Shown: positions 21,201-30,219 of the stretch, piece by piece | How the letters are laid out: each line of letters starts with the position of its first letter | How positions within the stretch are numbered: position 1 is the stretch's first letter | Assembly: GCA_002633005.1 (NCBI GenBank) | Contig: NMRA01000846.1 | Span: 35,317-99,316, forward strand | Length of the DNA stretch: 64,000 bases | Direction: 5' to 3' | Source of the DNA: Phoronis australis | Taxonomy: Eukaryota; Animalia; Phoronida | Position numbers and translations under genes: made by a program | Notes under the pieces: model-generated | Seen by the model: only the letters and a program-made list of their open reading frames with translations | Told to the model about the DNA's origin: nothing | The model's database searches: none

Positions 21201-24200
21201 CTTTCGAAGAAGTCGAAAAAACGATAAACCCGCTTTCCTCGCAGCTGCATAGTTTGGACAAGCGGGAACGATGCACCGCAACATAGCGGCATTAACTCTG
21301 CAAATGAACCACTGACGTCGCTGCGTCGTTTCTCACCTTCCTCACACGTTAACGCGACACCTCTCGGCAAGGTAAGGTCGACCGCATGTGAGGCGATGTG
21401 GATATAGAGCCATTAAGACGGCAAAAAGACTAATTAAATCGATTGGCATTCTCCTTTAATTGTTCGTTTGTTACATTATAATTTTAAACGAAAAAACTAT
21501 AAGTCGATTATCAATTAAACCATGTTTTAGTTCAGTAGTCAGAACTAGCAAAGAAAAAACGTCATAAAACAATTCAATATATAGAGGGCTTGCACGATAT
21601 ACGATGTCGTTCATTTCATAGGCAGATTTAGGGGTTGCCCCAGGGGGCCCGGGTCCCCCCCTTTGGCTGCCGCAAAAAAAATAAAACAGCAAGAGCGTAG
21701 GGAAATGTTGAGTTTATTAATTAAAACCGGTAATTGAAATTATACGGGTGAAACAAGATTTAAATGTTTGCAGTTTAAGTGTTTGGGGGGGGGGCTCAGA
21801 TCCAATTTCAAATGTTAAATTCGGAACACGGCGCATTCGTAACGGAGCTATGGCTAAGTTTTGGCTCTCGCGCGATATCCCAGGCAGTGGCGCTGCGCAC
21901 TACGACTACGTTTCCGTCGTCTGCTCCACTGTGCAATGAAGAAAATTTACTTCATTTTTTAAATAAAATGGAACCTGAGTGACGATGAAAAAACAGAAGC
22001 TGTTGGTAAGATGTGAATTTTAATCGAAGCCTTAGTGAATCACTCAGAAACTCATAATTCTCTCTTTCTCAAACCTTAACTTAAGACGATTTCCAAAGCA
22101 ATCCCGTCATTATTGCCAACAAGAAAAACGGATTTGGTCTTTTGGGCATTTAAAGACTATTTTAAATACAACAAATGTGTTAAGTACCGATTGCACAAAA
22201 TATAAAACGTGTAATAAGCATTACAAAAAGAAGTAGGTTTCGCGCGCAAACGCTGTGGACCATAAACAAGTAGGTCTCTTGTTATAAGGTTAGTAGTTGA
22301 GTCGTGGTGGTGTAGTGGTGTGTTTTTTTGGTTTTTTTTTTTGCCTGTTTTTCTTGGATAATACTTCAGGAACCAAGGAAAATGCTTGATTTTTAGAGGA
22401 AAAAACAGAAAAATTTCCCATTACAAAAAGAAGTAGGTTTCGCGCGCAAACCCTATGGACCATAAATAAGTAGGTCTCTTAGAAAGTGATTAGTAGTTAA
22501 GTCGTGGTGGTGTAGTGGTAACGCACGCGCGCTCTGTCCGCCAGGTCGTGAGTTCGAGTCCTAGGTTCTTGCAATTTTTTCTGTTCCACACGTTCTCCGT
22601 TTTATTTTTTCTTTTTTGCCTCTTTTGTCTTCAGGAATCAAGGAAAATCCTTGATTTTTAGAGGTAAAAACGACGACCTCCCCCCATTCGGTGCTATACG
22701 CATCTACAATCGTGGTTTGCGCAAATGCTTATAGCCGGACAAAATTTTGGGTCCCCCCTTTTGATATCCTAGATCCGCCACTGCATTTATATGACTGATG
22801 CAAGTACATGCCAAGGCGACCATGACGGGAATTAAAGGATGGGCGAGCATTGTGGAGATTGCTTACCACAATGCGGTTTTCCTCTAACGATTACAATCGT
22901 TTAAATGCCTTGGGCGCACTACAGAACGCAAAAATCCACCTGGAGAGTGTGTGTTCTTGCATAGCCCAATGATTCGTAAGAGTTGGGAAGAAACCAATGC
23001 AGTATACACGAGTCTTAAGAAAGAGGGTGCACAGCCGGATTCACGGCGCAATGGCCCATTACAAACAGACTGATAGCTTAAATTAAAGTAAAAGGACATC
23101 CCAAGTCCCGTTTACACTACAAACTCAAGCTCTGTCTGTGGCTTAGAAGTCAGCGCGTTGAATAACCATAGTTCAGCGCGTTAATTAAACAAGACAACGC
23201 GTTGGTTAAGCAAAAGTGCGCGTTGATTAAGAGCGGAACGATGATCGTTTAGGAACTAATTCAGCGCGTTGATTAAGCAAAACCACGCGTTGATTAAGCA
23301 CATTTCAGCGCGCAGAAACCCTTTGACGCTTCATAGTACGTTTGGGGGGCGGATTACGGCTATAATCGGCGCAAGCAGAATCCGCCTGGGGTTGTGGTTT
23401 CGAGCCGAATTAGTCTTAGCCTACCGTTAACCGAATCTAGGTTGCAACACCCACGTATCTTGAAACAAATTGGATGTTTTAAATTTTGTGACAACTGTAA
23501 ACCACTCATTATTATCGTGCTTTATTGAATAATTTAGATATATTACGAAATCATAAACTCATATTTCGGAGTCTGAAACTCAATGTACTGACCTCTGTGA
23601 AAGTCAATAATTGTATAATAACTTACACCTGTACAGTAAATGACCTGTTTTGGACCAATGGCTTGCTTCTGTCCTATCCGTACGACAGGGACATTATCGA
23701 CTAGACTGAAAGTTATTTTTTCAGAGGAGCCTCAGCGCGGCTTCGCAGACCCCGCAACCTCCGCTGTCGCAGCCTATTGTCCTACTGATAGCGATAAATT
23801 ACGTCACACAGATGACGGAGTATATCTTGGGTATTTAATTCGTAGCCACAGGCCTTAATTTCAGTGAATGACTGGCAGACAACGGCGATTGTGTTTCTTT
23901 TTTAGCTCTAGCTAAGCATAATATCTTCAACAAGTTTAGCCAAATCCAGAAATAATCCCCAAAAGCGTGTTTTTTGGCCGCAAACCCAAAATGAAGGAAC
24001 ATGTCAATTATTCACAGCGCACGCGCAACGGAAAGCACCCCCGAGTCAACTGCGGCCACTGTGAGTGGGTCTGCCTTTGTCTGTATTACGTTCCCTGCTG
24101 CCGCAGCAACATATCTTACCCTTTTCCACTTCGAAAGTGAAATATGCTTATCACAACAGGCGTCGCCAGTGAATATTGACGCCGAAGCTAGGAGCGAGAT

Positions 24201-25505
24201 TGTATTATTGGTTGTAGTCTGTGCGCAATATCACGAATGTTGTGCATTGAGATATCCTGAATTGGCAGTCCGTGTACTATTTAGTCTGTGAACGCATATA
24301 ATCCCAATTAAATTCAAATAGCACAAACTCGAGGGTTCATTCATATTGACAAGAATTGCGGATAGGCGGTACCTTTTCTGCAAGTTTTGAAGAACTCTCG
24401 CGAGGTCCAGTTGGCCCCAAAATTTCCATTTTATCCCCACAAAAGGCCCACTGCATTGACTTCAGTTCCGCAAAAGGCGTACTAATCGTAAAAGTTTATC
24501 CCCGCAAAAGGGGGTGGGAATTAGCAGACCTGGTACCCACAACAGCGAGCGCCTTGTCAATATGAGTGTCCCCCGGGAATATAAAAGGGCAAAAAGACTT
24601 TGTGTAGTAGGCATGGTGACTTTTTTCACGTTATCATGAAGTTTATAGTCAGGAGCTGGATATGTGTTTTGATCGGATGTCACGGCTAGCCCCCCCCCCC
24701 CCNTATGCCGCTGCGTAAAGAAAATCACAAGGATCCGCGACAGCTATCTAGAACTGGTCTGAACGCCCAGGTGGCTGAACGAGCATCATTTCATAGCTGT
24801 GTTAGACGTCTCACATAAGAAAACAGCCACAGTCTTTAGGTCAAAGTAACGTTTTTGATAAATGGGGTGATATCAAACTACGCTGTGTGTAAACCCTTTA
24901 TTAAAGAAAATGCAGAACTGAAAAACGGATATGGTATAATCATCTAATTGCATGTAAACGTGACTGAGCGGTTAGATAATTCAAAAGCACGCGTGCGGAA
25001 TGTCTGACCATGATGCGTGAAGAAAATAAATGCTTTCTACGACCTGCTTATTGACGTTTTAACAGTTCTTCCACCGAATGCCGTAAATGATAAGTTATGG
25101 AGATATGTAATCATAACATATTTTAGGTAGGCTCAGTTTTGAGGGGAGCTGCAAAAGGATCATTGTGCGAAAGGCAGACATTCTTAAACGTAAACAAAAT
25201 GTGCCGGCGTTAGCTAAGCTGCGCAAATCGCCACCAAAGACGCTTACGACGTTCCCACAAAGCCCACTTGTCGTTAAGGAATACGTCACATAAACCTACC
25301 ATTCTATTTACTCATGAAATGCTGAGCGACACGGGAATATTTAAAATTTTATAGTCACTTGACCCACAGCTTTGTCAATGTAATTTCACTTTCTTACCTG
25401 TAGGTGGGTACGGATCACTGAGAAACTTCGCCTCGCATGTTGTCTCGTTGAGGCGATGGATCACGTGCGACTGAGCATTCATTCTGAAGAAGGTTATCCG
25501 TTCAC
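8936..25505 (-). CDS. Class B1 (secretin-family) GPCR, corticotropin-releasing factor / diuretic hormone 44 receptor-like; complement(join(8936..9211,9820..9997,10397..10482,10680..10758,12095..12155,12692..12845,13304..13418,15540..15637,16624..16700,20427..20576,25398..25505)); 5' end further upstream
   Basis: Eleven GT-AG exons with matching phases (1382 nt) give one open frame. It contains a six-cysteine hormone-binding domain (CNSTWDG, CP, NATRLC, W..RTNYDNC) and seven TMs with family motifs YFKNLRCLRNTIH, NFFWMFVEGLYLH, IGWVLP, CW, WVLITKLRS, KAVKATIILVPLLG and FYCFFNGEV. LRCLRNTIH, TKLRS..ET.HYRKAVKA and DTSQNATR are typical of CRF/DH44-type receptors. Confidence 0.95.
9820..9997 (-). 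CDS. GPCR exon TM6-ECL3-TM7 (KAVKATIILVPLLGLTYVFF...FYCFFNGE)
   Basis: cattttcag acceptor, GAG|gtaaga donor, 178 nt. Confidence 0.95.
10397..10482 (-). CDS. GPCR exon TM5-ICL3 (VNLVFVATIIWVLITKLRSSITHETQHYR)
   Basis: catttcag acceptor, CAG|gtaaat donor, 86 nt. Confidence 0.95.
10680..10758 (-). CDS. GPCR exon ECL2-TM5 (CWMPEHDLRDERLDWLLIAPTLLVLL)
   Basis: tttctttttaag acceptor, gtaagt donor, conserved CW. Confidence 0.93.
10867..11026 (-). mobile_element. ~145-bp dispersed MITE, copy 1 (family also at 34181 and 43410)
   Basis: Reverse complement of 34181-34323; TIR cgttcagtaa(cg)ctaggacct. Confidence 0.8.
12095..12155 (-). CDS. GPCR exon TM4 (VLPVPFVIIWIILKTQLNNNE)
   Basis: ccattttcag acceptor, gtaagt donor, 61 nt, phase 1 to 2. 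Confidence 0.93.
12692..12845 (-). CDS. GPCR exon TM3-ICL2 (WPCKMIVTLYNYFTVTNFFWMFVEGLYLHTLIVWAFTIDKIKFWQYVFIGW)
   Basis: gatttcag acceptor, gtaagt donor, 154 nt, class B signature FFWMFVEGLYL. Confidence 0.96.
13304..13418 (-). CDS. GPCR exon ICL1-TM2 (NLRCLRNTIHCHLMVSFILRNISSMILYVLLDPDTSHA)
   Basis: tttgttcag acceptor, GCG|gtaagc donor. Confidence 0.95.
14306..14736. mobile_element. MITE with ~50-bp imperfect TIRs
   Basis: ggccagttgcatgaaacagtc..gactcaactaagttctctaaat pairs with atttagagaacttagttgagtc..gacagtttcatgcaacagggc. Confidence 0.75.
14364..15388. repeat. Near-identical duplication (14364-14742 and 15010-15388) around a single N; probable haplotype artefact
   Basis: Copies differ at a few bases; N at 15009. 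Confidence 0.88.
14743..15008. mobile_element. End of an insertion present in only one copy; possible LTR start (TGTTAC...)
   Basis: Copy 1 diverges from copy 2 exactly at TGTTAC and runs into the N. Confidence 0.5.
15540..15637 (-). CDS. GPCR exon TM1 (EPPSIAPYIIYFVGYSVSTIALVLAVFIFLYFK)
   Basis: tttgtttcag acceptor, gtaagt donor. Confidence 0.95.
16624..16700 (-). CDS. GPCR exon, end of hormone-binding domain (NATRLCSPLGVWENRTNYDNCLPEL)
   Basis: aatttcag acceptor; CTG|gtttgt donor is weaker but phase-correct; conserved RxC..G.W..NY..C. Confidence 0.9.
20427..20576 (-). CDS. GPCR exon, hormone-binding domain core (DEGQVYCNSTWDGIMCIPTTLGGTKMRMKCPDAEAFSHIGNSENALIDTS)
   Basis: ttgttgtag acceptor, C|gtgagt donor, phase 1-1, CNxTWDG and CP motifs. 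Confidence 0.92.
21096..21284 (-). pseudogene. THAP-domain remnant of a DNA transposon
   Basis: MLRCIVPACPN..RKAGLSFFRL.RK.EMLRKW fits the THAP N-terminal pattern M..CxxxxC...SFF.(FP)...W; the second C/H pair is not seen; contains an N. Confidence 0.65.
21617..22783. mobile_element. Non-autonomous DNA transposon (hAT-like ends) with 5-bp target-site duplication
   Basis: Ends cataggcagatttag / ctagatccgccactg, subterminal gggtcccccc at both ends, CATTT at 21612-21616 and 22784-22788. Confidence 0.65.
22501..22570 (+). pseudogene. Degenerate tRNA-like sequence (Pol III A and B boxes), SINE-head-like
   Basis: TGGTGTAGTGG A box, D stem GTGT/ACGC, GTTCGAGTC B box; acceptor, anticodon and T stems do not pair; truncated copy at 22301. 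Confidence 0.6.
23151..23312. repeat. Degenerate short tandem repeat (CAGCGCGTTGATTAAG core, about 7 copies)
   Basis: cgcgtt(g)attaa recurs, mostly at 21-22-bp spacing. Confidence 0.7.
25398..25505 (-). CDS. GPCR exon, N-terminal helix with first cysteine (ERITFFRMNAQSHVIHRLNETTCEAKFLSDPYPPT)
   Basis: gtttcgacag acceptor, CAG|gtaaga donor, 108 nt phase 1-1; supplies the otherwise missing first ECD cysteine. Confidence 0.85.
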
Positions 25506-26857
25506 CTGTCGAAACGGCACAAACATTTCTTCAAACAATTCATTTCCAAATATTTGAAACAAAACAGAACGAAGTTTCAAATGCCCTCTTCCCGTTTAGA
25601 AACAGTGATCTATTTTTCTCATCTCGTTACTTATTTAGAGAAGACAGATAGTCGTAGATTAAAATCACCGCATGCAACCAAAAAACACCAACTCAAGGCC
25701 ATAGAAAATTCCACTTCCGACTATCTCAGAATAAGTCACTTATCACTTAAATTTATCAACGCTCGTGCCTTTGAAGTGAATTGACTTGTGTCAAAGTGTT
25801 CATGAGTATTTATGAAGCTGTCATGTCGTAAACCAACTTGTTCATTGCTGGAGTAGTTCGCCAATTGGTAGTTACATCACGACGAGAGGCAATTTGCTAA
25901 CGATACACTCGCTTCGTGGTTAGTTTACAAGATTGCAATGAACAGCAAAAAAAAAATGTTGCCCTTGCCGCTGTCACTGTTGCAGACGATGCTCATTCGT
26001 GGATCGTCATTCAGTGGCGGTCCATGACCTCCTGCTCAAGGTCAGCCAGTTGTCGAACTCCTCCAGCCGGCTTGGTCCTGGGCGTTCGTCAAAAGTCTTC
26101 TAATACCGCTGCTGTTATTTTTCATCCTGTTTTCGTAGCAACACACGCATGAAACAAAGGCACCCAGTGACCACATGCCGTATGATCCAAAGGCAGTTCG
26201 GACGCCTGACCCTACCTCTGAGACAAAAATGCACACGTGACCGCTAGCCACACGCCTGATATGCATCCTTAGTCAAGCCTCACATCAGATGGCAAATTTA
26301 GACCAAGAGATTCAATACATAACATTGGCGATGTATGATTGTCCGCACAGGTAGGGAGTTTATTGTTGAAATTTCACATTAGTTTCCGTTTGGGTGTCCA
26401 TTTCCAAGTTTCAGGGTTCATCCATGCATTTCCTCAAAGGTGCGTTCTGGACGTATCCATGGAAAATCGTTCTTTTATAAGCCAGCAAGGACTATCGAAC
26501 GCGTCTGCATGAAGCGTCTTCTGAGTAATGCCTGATTTTCATAGATGTGAATACTTTTCTACTAAATACGGTATCCACTTTCAATTATAGTAGCAAACTT
26601 CAATTTTAATTACTTATCCGTCTCATCGATGCAGTCTCCTTGTGCTGTGTGTTTAGGTTTGTTTGTTCGTCTGTTCAAAATCCTATGTATTTTGTTGTTA
26701 TACTGTAGAAATTGTCTCTTGTAATTTTGAAATCTGTCAGTAAAGACCCTCGTTAAATGTTGTTATATTTATTAACCTGTCAGTATGTATTGTTCTAGAT
26801 TTGCAGGCAGTAATTTTATCGCTTCTTGTATTATTCTTAAGATGAAATAAATAGTTA

Positions 26858-27354
26858 AATTAGCCGATTTTCGAAACACTGCACCATATTGAAATTCGTT
26901 ATCTTGGCAGACAGCGATCATGTCGTCAAATACTGTAGCGCTACCTACGAATCTCATGTACTAAGGACGGGAAATTTCCACTTACTGCTGTAAACAGCGT
27001 TTTAAAACGTTTGCAGTTCTCATAATGCCTAAAAGTTTCCGTTGTTGTACGATGATCTGTACGAATGGCTCACGGAAAAAGGCAAACCTTGTGAAATATC
27101 CACGGATGAAGGAAATTATGCTCCATAAATTTCTCGCTCTGAAGAAGAATCCGCTGCTGCGCATGAAAACACGGGAGAATTTTGATCAGAGCCGATGTCA
27201 AAAAGCTAAAATAACCTATTCAAATAATGGGAGGGCTCACACTGAAATTTATTCCTCAACTTTTAAAGTCATGAACCACTGCGTAGTAATTGAATTTATG
27301 TCGCTTTCACGCTTCGATAACTCTAGAGAGCGCCAATGTGAAAAGTGCGCTATT
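26858..27354 (+). mobile_element. Non-autonomous DNA element carrying a THAP stub, copy 1
   Basis: Homologous to 58153-58683; ends (a)attagccgattttc / gaaaagtgcgctatt; ORF at 27025 begins MPKSFRCCTMICTNGSRKK...MLHKF. Confidence 0.7.
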
Positions 27355-27982
27355 GGAGAGACATTTTATAATGTGCAAATGCTTCTGTAGTCAATAACGA
27401 GCGACTGACACGGGGTAGCAGAACCTTGCCACGAGGTTGTCATGAGAATAAAGCCTTTTCAGGTAATAAGGCAGATCTGCCGTCTGTTTGGGGAGGGAGG
27501 AGCGGGGGGAGGGGGGGGGGGCGATAACAAGGTAGATGACCTGATCGTTCACATGCGATTTTTTCAAACGGCTGACCAGAAGTTGGATCTGCTTTTTGAT
27601 CGGACGGGATGTGAACACTGTAGTCCGCAGAGTATAATGAATGTTCCGATCTCAGTTGATGAAAGGTTCCAGTAGTTTGTTGAAATATTAGCATGGAAGA
27701 CATAAGCATGTTCTCTCTGGCACTCGTATGATGCAAGGCGAGACTTATTCATTGTCGTTGTTAACGCACAACACTGAATTATTTTTTGCTAGTTCCCGGA
27801 TGAAAAAATGGCTGCTTTCTCAAAGTTATTGTATGGTAGTAATGCAATTACGGTTGGTCCAATTTCGGTCGTATTTATGCTCATCGAGGTGTCTGGAGCA
27901 TAAGATGTAACTCCCAATGCGTGGTTAGCTACATGATTCTTGGCGAGTAATAATACACTTGTCAAACTTTCAAAAAGACCTT

Positions 27983-28230
27983 GGGCCTGTTCCAAGAAAC
28001 TGGCTTAAGTTCATTTTTACTTAAGATTAAGATTTGTCTTAAATTCCAAACTTTGAAACTTCCACATTCTGTCAGTTAGTGAAATTAAAGACAAAACTTA
28101 CGTCACACAGTTAATTCAAACTTAAGATCTCTTTCTTGAATTGGTTTTGAGTCAAATTTAACATTTATTTTAAAATTTACTAAAATTTAGGATTAGTCTT
28201 AGCTAAGTCAGTTTTGTTGGAACGGGACCC
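27983..28230. mobile_element. MITE with TIRs related to those at 6123 and 14306
   Basis: gggcctgttccaagaaactggcttaag / ctaagtcagttttgttggaacgggaccc. Confidence 0.65.
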
Positions 28231-29606
28231 TTGTAATTAGGTATATAAGATATAGTCGCAGATGCAAAAACATCACTAAGGGACACCAGAGTAGTAGAAC
28301 GCAACTGAAAAATTCACGTCAGTCGCGCTCTTGTCAGTAACAATACATCTGCAAAAATAATAAGAAGAATAATGGCCACTGACAGGTGCAGAATACGTTA
28401 GAACTATCCCAAAATGGAAAGCTTCTGCTGTAGAAATAGAAACTTGTTTGTCAAGTTTCATTAAAAAACGTCGAAGAATTCTGAAGACAGAGAGGGCAAC
28501 GTGAAAACTGAAACTGCCGATAGGGGGCACAGTGGTAGCCAAAACCGTCCAAAAGTTGTTGGCAGCCGTAGTCACATTTACAGGGTACCACTTGCAAAAC
28601 TTTACAAAAACCTTTCAAAGTAAAAAGGAGTTATAATCGATGACAAAAAATAAACATCAAAGCCATTACTATGAAGCGCCACAGTTGTAAAGCCATACCA
28701 AAATCAATGTCGGTCACGATCTTCTCATCATGAACACAACCGTCGAGCTTTTTAAACGATCCTTTTAGCGATCTGGCCGATAAAGAGGCGGTGCCACTGT
28801 AAAACGGAATTTGAAAAAGAAAATAAAATGGGCACTAGGTGGGGCAAAAATACATCGAATCCCCTGAAAACTGGAAGAGCTTCGTCAACTATTTAATAGA
28901 AACCTATTTGCCAAATTTTACGAAAATCCATCATTGAGGCAAACGTAAAAAAATAAAATTGCTACTAGGGGGCACAACGATAGCCGGATTGGTCTGAAAA
29001 TCGTCATAACCTGTTGTCAGCTCCATAGGAACACATCCGCCAAATTTCACAAATTACCCGTCCGAATATCAACATCAGTTGCGGTCTTCTCAACAGAAAC
29101 GCATATGCCAATTTTCTCAATGATCCTTCGATGGATTGGCAGACCTAGAGGCGAACGCCAAAAACGGACTTGAAACTTTCAAAACTCGCCACTGAAGAAA
29201 TATGTAGGAGCGTAACAAGGCGTGTAACTGCTACAAAGTTATTGTTCTGATACATGCTCTCGTACAAGTACAACTTTTAGAAATTTTTAGTTTTCACGGA
29301 TTTTTAACATGATACTCGGTTGTCTGACAATGCTGAAATTGTCTGTGATGAATTTTGAGAGAGGCAGACTTAATTGCGAATTACACAGTTTAAAAAGTTT
29401 GGCTGTAGCTAGTTTGAATTCAGCTTATTGCTTGCTTGCACGTTAGACACATTCTGTAGCTGCAAAATCGCCACCACTGAGAAAGCTCACATGTAAAGTC
29501 TTCGATAGCGAAGAGCACTGTAACGCCATTTCATTCATTCTAGTCTGTGGCGATTCCTATTTTAAAACTGGTGCGTGGACCCACCTTCCGTAAAAATGCA
29601 ACTTAC

Positions 29607-29652
29607 CGTTATAAAATTGCCTTCTTACTTCGATTAGGAATGACTTCTTTTC
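29607..29652 (-). CDS. Candidate upstream GPCR exon (EKKSFLIEVRRQFYNG)
   Basis: Strong acceptor ccatctcttcttcccag and donor ACG|gtaagt; 46 nt, open, ends phase 1 as the 25505 exon requires; no homology support. Confidence 0.55.
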
Positions 29653-29831
29653 CTGGGAAGAAGAGATGGACAGTTAATGGTTGAGATCAGGCTCAGTTAT
29701 TTTGCTTGTCTGCCCGGATCAGTTTACGACATGCTGCAAGAAGTAATGAAACGTTAGTTCTCTTCCAGAAATATGTTTTCGACAATACAACCGATAATGA
29801 CTCATTGCTTTCCAAATGGCTCTCACAAGTT

Positions 29832-29885
29832 CAATACAATACAATACAATACGATACGATGCAATACGATACGATACAATACAAT
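29832..29885. repeat. (CAATA/CGATA)n microsatellite
   Basis: About 10 pentamer units. Confidence 0.95.
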
Positions 29886-30127
29886 TATACAATTTAAAAA
29901 TTTTAAACAAGTGTCAAAATTAAAAGAAGACAATACACTGTTAGGCAAATCATAAATTAGTGATAAGGCTACCAACAGTTTGCTTTATACGCCTGTCATT
30001 GGCGAGACATTATGACAAACAACTGAACAGCAACTAGTAAGGAGCTGAGTTAAAGGTTTTTTTCTCAGTTTAGTGATTTATCGATAATAAACCAACGAAC
30101 ATACAATGACATATCAGTTTAGTCATG

Positions 30128-30219
30128 CACTCACACAGGTACACTCACACAGGTACACTCACACAGGTACACTCACACAGGTACACTCACACAGGTACAC
30201 TCACACAGGTACACTCACA
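30128..30219. repeat. Perfect 14-bp minisatellite (CACTCACACAGGTA) x6.6
   Basis: Direct inspection. Confidence 0.97.

Noticed and set aside
22501-22570. Functional tRNA gene
   Set aside because: Acceptor, anticodon and T stems do not pair
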